Positions 7,561 to 17,000 of a stretch of 64,000 nucleotides of DNA are shown piece by piece (the stretch's first letter is position 1; each line of letters opens with the position of its first letter). The position numbers were made by a program, and so were the translations under genes. The stretch lies in contig CAVYJB010000001.1 in the NCBI GenBank assembly GCA_963768835.1, positions 152,420 through 216,419 of the forward strand. Reading direction: 5' to 3'. Below the pieces are notes generated by a model. The model made no database searches, was not told where the DNA came from, and saw only the letters and a list, made by a program, of their open reading frames with translations. This DNA is from an uncultured bacterium (lineage in GTDB: Bacteria > Patescibacteriota > Minisyncoccia > UBA6257 > GWB1-50-10).

Positions 7561-8463
7561 TCAGAGAAGTTCGATGGAACGAAGTTTTGCTGAACGGCTC
7601 CGGGGATTCTCTTGGGTTTCGAGAAGCCCGGGGGCGAGAGGTTTCTTTGTGAGGAGCTGCGCCCGACCCTTGTGCGCGTAGTCCCGAAAATAATTTTTTA
7701 CAATACGGTCCTCGAGCGAATGGAACGTGATGATCGCCGCACGTCCGCCAGGGACGACAATGTCAAAAATGTTTCCGAGGAACCGTTCCACATTCTCGAG
7801 CTCATGGTTCACTAGAATGCGGAGGGCTTGGAATGTGCGTGTCGCGGGATGGATGCGGGCGCGCGTGTACTGGGTCGGCACCGCCCCCAAGACGATCGCC
7901 GCGAGCTCCGAGGATCGGAGGATGCGCTTTCGCGTGCGCGCTTCCACGATCGTACGCGCGATGCGGCCGTCGAACCGTTCCTCTCCGAGCGTCCGCAACG
8001 CTTCCGCGAGCTTCTCCTCCGAAAGCCGGTTCAGGAGTTCCGCCGCGGTCGGATCACCGGAGTCCGGGTCGTAGCGCATATCGAGCGGCTCGTCCTTCCG
8101 GAACGAGAATCCCCGCCCCGACGTCTCAAGTTCGTCCGAGGAAAGACCGAGGTCCAAGAGCACGCCGTTCGCCTTCGGGAGCTTCTCGCGCTCCAGGATC
8201 GCGGGCAGATCCGCATAGTTCCCCTGCACGAGCGTGAGCTTCCCCACGGGCGCACCCTGAAATCGCTCTCGCGCCGCAAGGATCGCTTCCGCGCTCCAGT
8301 CGAGACCGAGGAAAGTCCCCGTCGGTCCCACGCGCTCCATGAGTACTTGTGCGTGCCCTCCCCCGCCCAGGGTACCGTCGATGAAGAATGCGCCGGACTT
8401 CGGGTCCAGGACTTCCAGAACTTCGTTTAAAAGAACAGGCGCGTGGATAGAATCGGGGCTCAT
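7561..8463 (-). CDS. rsmH: 16S rRNA m4C1402 methyltransferase
   Basis: HAPVLL, DGTLGGGGH, HPATRTFQALRI, NPRSRSAKLR. Confidence 0.97.
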   Translation of the reverse strand: MSPDSIHAPVLLNEVLEVLDPKSGAFFIDGTLGGGGHAQVLMERVGPTGTFLGLDWSAEAILAARERFQGAPVGKLTLVQGNYADLPAILEREKLPKANGVLLDLGLSSDELETSGRGFSFRKDEPLDMRYDPDSGDPTAAELLNRLSEEKLAEALRTLGEERFDGRIARTIVEARTRKRILRSSELAAIVLGAVPTQYTRARIHPATRTFQALRILVNHELENVERFLGNIFDIVVPGGRAAIITFHSLEDRIVKNYFRDYAHKGRAQLLTKKPLAPGLLETQENPRSRSAKLRSIELL

Positions 8464-8515
8464 GAATCAGGAACCATGCTGATGCTGCATACTTCCTGTT
8501 TCAGTATTCAAACCC

Positions 8516-8947
8516 TTAGATGCCCAAGCTGCCGAGCTTCTCCGCGATCTCGTCCGATGCGGCCTCCGTCCGAGCCTTGTACTGTTTCCATGCGGCCGTG
8601 TCCCAGATCTCGACTCGGTTCATGAGACCCGCTACCACCACCTCCTTCGTGAGCCCCGCGTATTCCCGAAGATAATCGGGGATGAGGATACGCCCCTGCG
8701 TGTCGAAGCGCACATCTGCGGCACCCGCGAGCATGAGACGAACGAAGGCCCGGGAGTTTGCCTGAGCCAACGGTAGTGCGGTGATCTTCTGTGCCAGCGC
8801 TTCCCACTCCTTCAAGCTAAAAATAAAAAGGCACCGATCGAGTCCCCGCGTGATAATGGCGCCCGTTTCGAGCGTCTCGCGGAACTTTGCCGGAACGGCC
8901 ACCCGACCTTTTGGATCCAGATTGTGACGGTATTCCCCTAGTAGCAT
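8516..8947 (-). CDS. mraZ: transcriptional regulator MraZ
   Basis: DPKGRVAVP and DTQGRILIP repeats. Confidence 0.97.
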   Translation of the reverse strand: MLLGEYRHNLDPKGRVAVPAKFRETLETGAIITRGLDRCLFIFSLKEWEALAQKITALPLAQANSRAFVRLMLAGAADVRFDTQGRILIPDYLREYAGLTKEVVVAGLMNRVEIWDTAAWKQYKARTEAASDEIAEKLGSLGI

Positions 8948-8956
8948 AGACCTTAG

Positions 8957-9057
8957 TTATCCCCAGAAATCGACTTTATCCACACCCTTATCCACAATTC
9001 CCCACTTCCACACACAAGTATACTTGATTCTCCCCACTCGTCCACCATCCCTCCCAC
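8957..9057. promoter_or_regulatory. DnaA boxes and GTGG(G) MraZ-box-like repeats upstream of mraZ
   Basis: TTATCCACA at 8976-8984 and 8988-8996, TTATCCCCA at 8957-8965; repeated GTGG on the minus strand at 9001-9057. Confidence 0.6.
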
Positions 9058-9065
9058 GCGTGCGT

Positions 9066-9098
9066 AAGAAAAAATTTCCCAGTAAAACTGGGAAATTT
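9066..9098 (-). terminator. intrinsic terminator
   Basis: 12-bp perfect stem AAATTTCCCAGT/ACTGGGAAATTT followed by a T run. Confidence 0.65.
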
Positions 9099-9144
9099 GC
9101 CTTTCTGCTCTCTCGGTTATCAACAACTTATCACCACGAGATTT

Positions 9145-9390
9145 TTATGCCTTCTTCACCACCACGATCGTGCAGTTTGTGAGGAGCGCCGCTACGGCAC
9201 CAACCGCCGCAAGCATAGGAGCCAGGAGCGCGCCAACGGCTCCGATGGTAAGCGGCAACTCCATCACGGGGTCGCCCTTCTCGTTCTTGATAATGATCTT
9301 GCGGGCGTTCCCCTCCCGAATCAGCTTCTTCACCTTCCCCACGACCTCCTCGCTCGTCACCTTAAATTCCTCGCGCGTTTCGTGATCCAT
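9145..9390 (-). CDS. DUF4342-like small protein
   Basis: VKKLIREGNARKIIIK..ELPLTIGAVGALLAP..CTIVV pattern. Confidence 0.8.
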   Translation of the reverse strand: MDHETREEFKVTSEEVVGKVKKLIREGNARKIIIKNEKGDPVMELPLTIGAVGALLAPMLAAVGAVAALLTNCTIVVVKKA

Positions 9391-9458
9391 ATGATTGTAG
9401 TTAATTGGATGGTCCTGATTGCAACCTCCTATTTTGGAGGTGTATACTGCGGAGGCAA

Positions 9459-9533
9459 GGGCGCTTAGTTCAGTGGTAGAACGCTCCGTTCACATCGGAG
9501 AGCTCACAGGTTCGATCCCTGTAGCGCCCACCA
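9459..9533 (+). tRNA. tRNA-Val(CAC)
   Basis: GGGCGCT...AGCGCCC-A-CCA; anticodon arm CTCCG-TTCACAT-CGGAG. Confidence 0.95.
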
Positions 9534-9549
9534 AAGAACAGGGGTGAAT

Positions 9550-11064
9550 TTACTTCCCCGAATTCAATACCGCACGCGTCTCCGGACCGACATAACCCTT
9601 CGGGTCAAGGCCGTGCGCTGTCTGATACTTCTTCACCGCAGTCCCCGTGAGCGGGCCGAAGTAGCCGGTGATCGGTCCGGAATATAGACCGAGCGCCGAG
9701 AGCCGTCCTTGCAGGGCGGTCACTTCCGCCCCCTGCGACCCGAGGTTCAGGAGTTCCGTGAAGATATAGGAACTGGCCGTACCGCTACCCGCGCTCGTCT
9801 GCGCACTGGGGGTGCTCGGGGTGATGCTCGACGCAAGCTGCGTGAGCGTGTTCGCCATAGTCTGGATCTGCGTTAAAATTTGCGCGAGCTGGCTCTGGAC
9901 GGACTGGATGGTTGCGAGGAGGGCGTCCCCCGAGGAGCTCTGCACCACAGTGGGCTGGCTCGTTACCGTCACGTAGAGCGTGCCGCAGCCGCCGGCGGTC
10001 GCGCAGACCGTGAGCGAGCCGGAGCCAGAGCTCTGACCATAGAGCGAGAGTGAGCTCCCGTTCACCGAGCTTTGGACGATATTCGGGATTGGGTTGGACG
10101 AAATGAAATAACTGGAACCGCCCGCGAGCGCAACGGAGAGGGTCTGGCCCACCGTGAGCGTGGGGTTCGTCGTGCTGAAGGTGACGGCCTGGCTCGTATT
10201 GGACGCGCCGACGGTGACCGTGAGGGGGCTGCATCCGTTCGCGCTGGAGCATACAGTGATCGACGCAGTACCGTTCACGAGCCCCGAAATCGTAATGCCA
10301 CTACCGCTCAGGTTCCATGATGCGACGCTCGGGTTGGAACTGCCGGTCACGAAATATCCGCTCCCGCCGGAGATGTTCACGGTCACGATCTGGCCGACGG
10401 CAAGCGAGGGATTGGATGGTATGAAGGACAGGTTCCCGCTCGTCGAGCTCCCGCCCGTGGAACTTCCCCCCACCGTGACGTAGAGAGTACCGCAGCTTGT
10501 CGCGATGTCGCAGACCGTGATCGAGGCGTTGCCGGTCGCGAGACCGTTGACCGTGAGGGAACTTCCGGAAAGGTTCAGTGATGCGGCGGAAGGGTTGGTG
10601 TTCGAGGAAATGGTATAGATACCGTCGCCGCCATAAATGGTTGTTATTTGGTTCCCACCCGCCGACACGGAAAGGTTCTGCGGGCTGAAGGTAAGAGCGG
10701 AGGTCCCCCCGGAGGAGGAAGTGGCCGGCCACGACGCCACAGCTGACGTCTGGTTGTTTACGACGACGTACGCCGTCGTGCCTGCGCTGATGCTGTAGGC
10801 AGACGTGCTCATGATCGTTGAGAAGGTGCCGCTTCCATTGGTGGTACCGAGCGTTGTCACCCGCTGACCCGATGCGCTGCCGATATTGTAGTAGAGCACG
10901 ATGCTCATGTTCGGATCGCCGTTCACGGATACCTGGACGTTATCGCCGCTCGTAACCGAGAGCGAAAGCGTAGGCGTCGCTGCGTACGCTTGAGGCACCG
11001 CGAAGGAACCGACTGCGACCGAAAACAGCACGGCCACCGCGAAGAGTGAATATGGTTGTTTCAT
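9550..11064 (-). CDS. secreted Ser/Thr-rich protein with three Ig-like repeats and a C-terminal peptidoglycan-binding domain
   Basis: Signal peptide; repeats ending ITVC...CGTLYVTV; LNLGSQGAEVTALQ..GYFGPLT..GYVGPETR. Confidence 0.85.
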   Translation of the reverse strand: MKQPYSLFAVAVLFSVAVGSFAVPQAYAATPTLSLSVTSGDNVQVSVNGDPNMSIVLYYNIGSASGQRVTTLGTTNGSGTFSTIMSTSAYSISAGTTAYVVVNNQTSAVASWPATSSSGGTSALTFSPQNLSVSAGGNQITTIYGGDGIYTISSNTNPSAASLNLSGSSLTVNGLATGNASITVCDIATSCGTLYVTVGGSSTGGSSTSGNLSFIPSNPSLAVGQIVTVNISGGSGYFVTGSSNPSVASWNLSGSGITISGLVNGTASITVCSSANGCSPLTVTVGASNTSQAVTFSTTNPTLTVGQTLSVALAGGSSYFISSNPIPNIVQSSVNGSSLSLYGQSSGSGSLTVCATAGGCGTLYVTVTSQPTVVQSSSGDALLATIQSVQSQLAQILTQIQTMANTLTQLASSITPSTPSAQTSAGSGTASSYIFTELLNLGSQGAEVTALQGRLSALGLYSGPITGYFGPLTGTAVKKYQTAHGLDPKGYVGPETRAVLNSGK

Positions 11065-11106
11065 GGTTTTATGATAATCCTCTGTCTTTAGTGTTACAAA
11101 CCGCAC

Positions 11107-11508
11107 CTAGGCCGCAGCGCGACGGTCGGGGCTTTCCTCCTCTTCTTCCGGGCTCTCGGATGTCTTCTCTTCCCCATGTAGCCGCGCTAGGATGCTCTTT
11201 CCGCGCTCGGTCTTCGAAAGTTCCATAATATCGTCCTCGTACCGCCCTCGTGCTTCCTCCATCGCTCGCTGGAACGTCCCCGCATCCCGCGCGGAGGCGT
11301 CCGGCCGTGCGGTTCGATTCCGTTCCCATTGACCGAGCTCCTCACGGAGCATGGCTTCCTGCTCCTCGACATACTTCAGAATCTCCTCGTCGGTGTGGAG
11401 ATCCATCCAGCGTGTCCCCTCTTTGCGCCCCGGGACCTGCTCCCCAAGCTTCCCTCCTACCTTAGGTTGTTCCTTTATCTTCTCGCCAAATGCATTTTCG
11501 AATGACAT
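11107..11508 (-). CDS. hypothetical charged/coiled-coil protein
   Basis: ORF with a -10 element 6 nt before the ATG. Confidence 0.65.
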   Translation of the reverse strand: MSFENAFGEKIKEQPKVGGKLGEQVPGRKEGTRWMDLHTDEEILKYVEEQEAMLREELGQWERNRTARPDASARDAGTFQRAMEEARGRYEDDIMELSKTERGKSILARLHGEEKTSESPEEEEESPDRRAAA

Positions 11509-11646
11509 GGCATTAGTATACCCCGCCTCTCCTTCGTTTCAACCTTGTAATCCCGTAATGGAAAAGTGGGATTTTTGTTGACTCCTCACACCTATGCGCT
11601 TATAGTACTCGCAGAAAATCAAAACAACATATAGAGAGGGGACGCT

Positions 11647-12603
11647 ATGTATTCGACAATAACGGGCCGACGTCTGCCGTGGTGGTACAGCCTTGGATGG
11701 GAAGTTCGCCCGCCCACGCTCGTGCTTCGCCTATCGCGGCCGTTCATGGAGTTTATCGAAGCGACAATCAAGCCGGACTCCCCTATCCTAACGGACTTTG
11801 TAACCGAGTATTCGCTCCCACCGTGGAAGAACACTTTTAGGGTAGGGGGCTCGTGGGGATTCGGACAAGCCTTCCGTATGGTCTCGGACATCAAACTGAT
11901 CTCGGGCGCCAGAGCATCTGCAATCTTTCATCTGCGCATCCCTCGCATCAAGAAGCCGACCGGGAAACCGTGTGAACATTGTGGAGGGAAACGAAAGGAC
12001 CCGTTCGACCGCACGCGGGAATGCTACTACTGCAACGGAACCGGAGATGGATTTGAGAACGACTGGAGAGCAATAGACGCTCTTGCCGCCACGCTCTCGG
12101 TATTTACAACCCTTGCCGCGCACTTCGAATCCGTGAACTACGGCTACGATAAGGAAGTGGCGGGGTTGGTCGGTACCCCTCAACTCCTGATACTCTCGAC
12201 CATCCTGAGACCGGGCATACATGGTGGGTCTCTCGAAGGAAGCTACAGCGCCGATCTCATCGCGTGGCTTTCCGAGAACGACGTGGGCGAAATCGCGGAG
12301 GCCGTCCAGGCAATGAAAATGACATGGCAGAGGTTGTGGGGAGGACCTTCCGACGATTTCGAAAATCATTATTTCTTCCGCGCAGGATGCTACCTCCATC
12401 CCCAGCAACTCCTGATCGATTGCCCGGGAAACGCCTGCGGGCTCCACCAGGGCACGGACTTCAACTTCAAGGGAAATATAGGCGGGTACGATTTCGATTG
12501 TCATAACGTCGATTCAGCCGCCCAGCAGCTCACTCTCATCACGGCTCTCGGGGCCATCGAGGACCGCGCGCGACGCGAAATGGTGCTTCAGATAGCCCCC
12601 TAA
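11647..12603 (+). CDS. hypothetical protein with a CxxC-type zinc finger
   Basis: CEHCGG...CYYCNGTG; promoter TTGACT-17-TATAGT at 11578-11606. Confidence 0.75.
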   Translation: MYSTITGRRLPWWYSLGWEVRPPTLVLRLSRPFMEFIEATIKPDSPILTDFVTEYSLPPWKNTFRVGGSWGFGQAFRMVSDIKLISGARASAIFHLRIPRIKKPTGKPCEHCGGKRKDPFDRTRECYYCNGTGDGFENDWRAIDALAATLSVFTTLAAHFESVNYGYDKEVAGLVGTPQLLILSTILRPGIHGGSLEGSYSADLIAWLSENDVGEIAEAVQAMKMTWQRLWGGPSDDFENHYFFRAGCYLHPQQLLIDCPGNACGLHQGTDFNFKGNIGGYDFDCHNVDSAAQQLTLITALGAIEDRARREMVLQIAP

Positions 12604-12607
12604 AACG

Positions 12608-12647
12608 ATCCCGCCTATACGCATGCGTATAGGCGGGATTTCCTTTT
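12608..12647. terminator. bidirectional terminator (32-bp perfect palindrome)
   Basis: ATCCCGCCTATACGCATGCGTATAGGCGGGAT between convergent genes. Confidence 0.8.
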
Positions 12648-12666
12648 TCCGGACGGTCGCAGGCGC

Positions 12667-13038
12667 TTAAGCCAGCTCCGCGGTCGCGCCGACCGCCTCG
12701 AGTTTCTTCTTGATCTCCTCTGCGTCCTCCTTCTTCAGACCCTCCTTGATGTTCTTGGGGGCCCCGTCCACGATATCCTTCGCTTCCTTGAGGCCCAGGC
12801 CCGTCACCTCCTTCACTACCTTGATGACATTGACCTTCTGGTCACCTGTGGCTTTCAAGACCACGGCGTACGCGGTCTTCTCCTCCGCCGCCGCACCGCC
12901 GCCCGCCGCGCCGCCCGAGACCGCCATCGCGGCCGCTGACACACCAAACTTCGTCTCGAACGCCTTCACGAGCTCCGCGAGCTCGAGAACGGTGAGCTTC
13001 TCAACTTCTGCAATAATCTTATCGAATTTTTCGCTCAT
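12667..13038 (-). CDS. rplL: 50S ribosomal protein L7/L12
   Basis: [24 protein letters not shown]. Confidence 0.98.
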   Translation of the reverse strand: MSEKFDKIIAEVEKLTVLELAELVKAFETKFGVSAAAMAVSGGAAGGGAAAEEKTAYAVVLKATGDQKVNVIKVVKEVTGLGLKEAKDIVDGAPKNIKEGLKKEDAEEIKKKLEAVGATAELA

Positions 13039-13048
13039 GGTTTGATTG

Positions 13049-13534
13049 TTATTGTTTCGACTTTTGATCCATCACAAACAGCAGTTTCTTAAGAGGAACC
13101 GTGAAAAGGAATGCGAGCTGCCCCAGGAGCGCTTCGCGACCGGGGATCTGCCCGTACCGCATCACGTCCTCCGCGCTCACAAACGTTTTCTCCTTGAGGT
13201 TGAACCCCCCGAGGATGTGGAAGGTCTCCTTCCCTTTCCCGAACTTGTACACGGTGTTCGCGGTGTCCACGAGATCCTTCGGGGCATAGGCGACGCCGGT
13301 CTGGCCTGCGAACTGCTTCGGATCGAACGTCATCCCCTCCTTCTCGAACACGAGCTTCAGAAGCCGTTTCTTCACGACCGTGAAACCGCCTCCGATGGCG
13401 CGGAGCGCCTTCCGGAAACTGTTCAGCTCGTTGGCGGTCATCCCCGTGAAATCCGTCACGATGGCCGTCTCGCTTACACGGAGTTCTGCCACGTGGTCTT
13501 CCACTGCCTTCGCTTTTTGTGCTTTGGTTTTCAT
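13049..13534 (-). CDS. rplJ: 50S ribosomal protein L10
   Basis: Upstream of rplL; [13 protein letters not shown] pattern. Confidence 0.93.
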   Translation of the reverse strand: MKTKAQKAKAVEDHVAELRVSETAIVTDFTGMTANELNSFRKALRAIGGGFTVVKKRLLKLVFEKEGMTFDPKQFAGQTGVAYAPKDLVDTANTVYKFGKGKETFHILGGFNLKEKTFVSAEDVMRYGQIPGREALLGQLAFLFTVPLKKLLFVMDQKSKQ

Positions 13535-13544
13535 ACGATAAAAA

Positions 13545-13628
13545 ACTACGACCTTTAGCCGTAGGGAGAATGCCGGAAATCCGGCGGTGTCCTCGGCAGG
13601 ACTTATGGATGCCTGCTGTCTACGGGCT
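13545..13628 (-). promoter_or_regulatory. L10 leader (ribosomal protein autoregulatory RNA)
   Basis: CCGTAGACAGCAGG...CCTGCCGAGG directly upstream of rplJ. Confidence 0.8.
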
Positions 13629-13759
13629 TCTGGAACATAATACCAGGGCCTGAGATGGCGTCAAGGGATCAATTGACTTGGTTCTGGGCTGGTATAGGAT
13701 GGGACCAGAGAACGGTTTCACATCAAAAACCATAGGGACCTACAAACGAGGAGGGTGAT

Positions 13760-14209
13760 ATGAGGCGGCATGAAATGTTTGATGACCCAGCGACAAGGGG
13801 GGCTATGCGCTTGGTGGTGACTGCAATCCCCGAGCCGGACATCGCGAATCTCTTTCAATACGATTGGAGGTGCGGGGAACTTTACCTGGCCGAGAACAAC
13901 CCGACCCTTATCGCGGTTTCGACCGAAGGAGCTTCCCCCGCCACTCGAAGAGGGAAAGGGAAAATGTGTCGAGCTCTGCAAGCCGCTCCCCTGGGACCTT
14001 CCGATCGGCACGCGGATCGATATCGGCATGGGGGATCCCATTATCATCAAGGACTGCACGCTGGTCTCGCGAGACAGACGGGCTATTCCTCTTTCCATAC
14101 AAGGCCTCTTCGTCAACGGGACACATCTTGGACCTTCGAGATGGAGAACAAGGGTATCCTCTATGTAAACTACGATGCTCTTGCCCGTGCGGAAGACGTG
14201 CTCGCCTGA
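13760..14209 (+). CDS. hypothetical protein, probably with two compensating frameshift errors
   Basis: Has promoter, SD and terminator. The middle reads more protein-like in another frame (PLEEGKGKCVELCKPLPWDLPIGTRIDIG...). Confidence 0.5.
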   Translation: MRRHEMFDDPATRGAMRLVVTAIPEPDIANLFQYDWRCGELYLAENNPTLIAVSTEGASPATRRGKGKMCRALQAAPLGPSDRHADRYRHGGSHYHQGLHAGLARQTGYSSFHTRPLRQRDTSWTFEMENKGILYVNYDALARAEDVLA

Positions 14210-14225
14210 GCCCGCAGGAACGATC

Positions 14226-14264
14226 AAAAACTGCAGCCCCTTTTCCAGGGGCTGCAACTTTTTT
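14226..14264. terminator. bidirectional terminator
   Basis: TGCAGCCCC/GGGGCTGCA stem flanked by A and T runs. Confidence 0.75.
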
Positions 14265-14285
14265 AAATCGAGTGGTCCGGCTACG

Positions 14286-14549
14286 CTACTGGCTTGCCGG
14301 GGTCGATGTTACGGCCGGCGAAACCGTGGGACACTGGGTAGCCGACGCCGTTTGGTTCGCGCGAAGAATACTCTGGAGCGAGTGGAGCATACTATCCTCG
14401 TGCGAGATAACCTCCTGCGCTTGGTTCTGGACGTCAATATCGATGTACTGCACCACGAGGTAGAACCCCCAGAACGGCAGGATGCTGAAAATGACGATTG
14501 CGAGCGCCCGCGAGAACCACGTAATCTCCGACCACTTCGTTTTTGCCAT
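14286..14549 (-). CDS. small hypothetical membrane protein
   Basis: One TM helix; TGGTATAAT 6 nt upstream of the ATG. Confidence 0.65.
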   Translation of the reverse strand: MAKTKWSEITWFSRALAIVIFSILPFWGFYLVVQYIDIDVQNQAQEVISHEDSMLHSLQSILRANQTASATQCPTVSPAVTSTPASQ

Positions 14550-14567
14550 ATCTCTATTATACCATTC

Positions 14568-15552
14568 CTAATCCTCCGGCCCGCCGAGCTTTTCGAAAAG
14601 ACCCCGTTTTTCCTCCTCAGAGTAGAAGGGAATGACGATCTTCCCTGGCCATCCTGCTCCACCACCCGCACCGGGGCTCCAAGGTGCTCCTGTAACCGCT
14701 TTTCCCAGAAGCGGGTTTCTGGGCTTGAGGGCTCTGGCGGCTTGGGCGCCGCGCTCGCGCGCATCGCCCGCACGCTCGTTTTTCCTTCTAAAATACGCCC
14801 GAACGCGCGGAGCTGCTCCCCGGCATCCGAGATGGAGAGGAGGGCTCGCGCCTGGGACTCGTGGATGCGCCCGGCCGAGAGCGCGTCCTGCATCGCGGGC
14901 GGAAGGTTCAAAAGCCGCATGGTGTTCGCCACTCCTTCCCGGCTCTTCCCGACCCGAGCGGCAATCTCGCGCTGGGTGAGACCGAATTCCTCCGCAAGGC
15001 GGCGTAGGCACGGGCCGCCTCGAGGGGGTTCAGGTCGCTGCGCTGGACGTTCTCGATCAAGGCCATCTCAAGCTTCACGCGGCGGTCGTCTACGCGCCGC
15101 ACGATGGCCGGCACGCGCTCGAGGCCGGCGAGCTTCGCGGCCCGAAGCCGCCGTTCCCCGCCACCAACTGGTAGGCGACTTCCGCGCCGGACTCGGTCTC
15201 GCTCATCACCTTCGATACAACGATGGGCTGGAGCACGCCGAACTCCCGGATGGATTGCGCAAGCTCCGTGAGCGCCTCCGTATCAAACTCCATCCGCGGC
15301 TGGAGCGGGTTCGGCCGGATACGGTCGACTTCGATCTGAAAAATGGATTCGGACCGGCCCTCGACGCGGGAAGGATACTGAGGACGCGGCACGACGCGGC
15401 TCGGGCGCCGACCGGGACGTCGCGGAGAAAGAACGCGGTTCCGGTCTCCAGCGCGACGATGGTTCCGCCGACACGGGTGGCGTCACCCGAACAGCGGGCG
15501 CCGCACCGGGGCCCTTCTTCGGAATGAGGGACTCGAGACCTTTGCCGGGCAT
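14568..15552 (-). CDS. parB: ParB/Spo0J partition protein, with multiple frameshifts as sequenced
   Basis: [24 protein letters not shown](E)[17 protein letters not shown] and ANTMRLL spread over several frames. Confidence 0.9.
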
Positions 15553-15585
15553 GATGAATATATAGTAGTACGAAACGGGGTTAAG

Positions 15586-15873
15586 AAAAACCCCGCTCAA
15601 CAGCGGGTCCTAGAAAAGCCAAAGCAGAGGTGCGCGCAGGCCCTCTGTAGGCAAACAGGTTCCTTCCTAATCACTCGAGGAATATATTTGTAATAAATAT
15701 AAAGAGCAACTCGAGATGTGGAAGTACTTCTGGTCGCCCGAGAGTTCCCGTCGCTGCCTCTGCTCTAGCGAACGTGTACACGTGCGCCCGGCGCCTCCAC
15801 TTTCGCCTTCCCGCATGCGCGGTAGTGGCCACTACCTCACCTGCGTTCAAGCGTCTGCTTCAGTGCGAACGCC
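15586..15873 (-). ncRNA. candidate structured ncRNA (~285 nt) between parA and parB
   Basis: Own promoter TTGACA-16-TATGAT (15906-15879), several 5' hairpins, a ~150-nt rod (15768-15619) and terminator CCCGCT-GTTG-AGCGGG-GTTTTT. Confidence 0.65.
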
Positions 15874-15933
15874 GAAAAATCATAGCATCACGGAGGATGC
15901 TGTCAAATCAGTCGCCCTGTGGACAACTAACAA

Positions 15934-16791
15934 TCACATCCCCAACTCCCCCCAGTCCGCGGCCGGACCGGAGCGGGGTGGCTCCGAAATCGGCCCCGGA
16001 GATGTCGGCTGCACCGTGGGGAACGGAACCCCGGCAACCTGGCCAGCGACCTCGTCCGCGAGGCGCTCGTAGGCCAAAGCTCCTGGCGAGAGCGGCGCAT
16101 AGAGCATAATGGGTTTCCGGAACTGCGGCGCTTCCGCAAGGGCCACGGAGCGCGGTATCTCCACGTCGTAGACATGGTGCGGGAACCGCCGACGCACCTC
16201 ACGGGCGATCTCTCGGGAGAGCCTCTCCCGCTTGTCGTACATCGTAAGAAGTCCCCCCGCGACCCGGAGCGGGTGCCCGAGGTTTATCTGCACGAGCTCG
16301 ATGGTCTCGAGGAGCTGAGCGAGGCCCTCCAAGCTCAAGTACTCGCACTGGATAGGCGCGATGACCTCGTCGGCAGCCAAAAGCCCGTTCACCGTCAGAA
16401 GGTTCAAGCTCGGCCCGAGATCCACCACGATGAAATCGAACTGGTCGCGCACGCGATTCAGGAAATTTCGAAGATAGAGTTCGCGGTCCGGCAGCGGGAC
16501 AAGCTCCACAAGTGCCCCGGCGAGATCCGCCGAAGCCGGCGCTACCGTGAGATTCGCGAGATATCCGGGTTTCAGGACGCGCTCGGGCGCCGCGCCCGCC
16601 AGAAGCGCATGGTAGATGGTTTCCTCGGGCCCGTGCGCGATGCCCATCCCCATCGTCGCGTTGAACTGCGGGTCAAAATCCACAAGGAGCGTCCTCTTCC
16701 CCCGCATCGCGAGATATGCGGAAAGATTCGTCGCCGTCGTAGTTTTTCCGACGCCACCTTTCTGGTTAAAGATGGCGATGGTGCGTGCCAT
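15934..16791 (-). CDS. parA: ParA/Soj ATPase
   Basis: NQKGGVGKTTT, DFDPQFNAT, PIQCEYLSLEG, IPRSVALAEAP. Confidence 0.96.
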   Translation of the reverse strand: MARTIAIFNQKGGVGKTTTATNLSAYLAMRGKRTLLVDFDPQFNATMGMGIAHGPEETIYHALLAGAAPERVLKPGYLANLTVAPASADLAGALVELVPLPDRELYLRNFLNRVRDQFDFIVVDLGPSLNLLTVNGLLAADEVIAPIQCEYLSLEGLAQLLETIELVQINLGHPLRVAGGLLTMYDKRERLSREIAREVRRRFPHHVYDVEIPRSVALAEAPQFRKPIMLYAPLSPGALAYERLADEVAGQVAGVPFPTVQPTSPGPISEPPRSGPAADWGELGM

Positions 16792-16867
16792 ATGCATTTA
16801 CTATAGATTTTTTTTGTGGCAGTATCAAACCGTAGCGCTCTGGACCACGCTGCACATTGAGAACGTT

Positions 16868-16954
16868 GCCCGGGTGGCGGAACTGGCAGACGCACAGGAT
16901 TCAAAACCCTGTGGCCGAAAGGCCGTGTGGGTTCGACCCCCACCCCGGGCACCA
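16868..16954 (+). tRNA. tRNA-Leu(CAA)
   Basis: GCCCGGG acceptor stem, TTCAAAA anticodon loop, long variable arm, CCA end. Confidence 0.95.
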
Positions 16955-17000
16955 AACGCAAAAACACCGGCATAAGGCCGGTGCTTTTGTAGTAAGAGTT

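Noticed and set aside
8957-9136. oriC
   Set aside because: No dnaA/dnaN nearby and no clear AT-rich unwinding element; the boxes fit mraZ regulation better.
15770-15836. parS sites (palindromes ACGTGTACACGT, GGTAGTGGCCACTACC)
   Set aside because: Poor match to TGTTTCACGTGAAACA; better explained as hairpins of the candidate ncRNA.
15586-15873. tmRNA, RNase P or SRP RNA
   Set aside because: Lacks tRNA-like ends, the GAGGAAAGUCC P4 motif and the SRP helix-8 motif.
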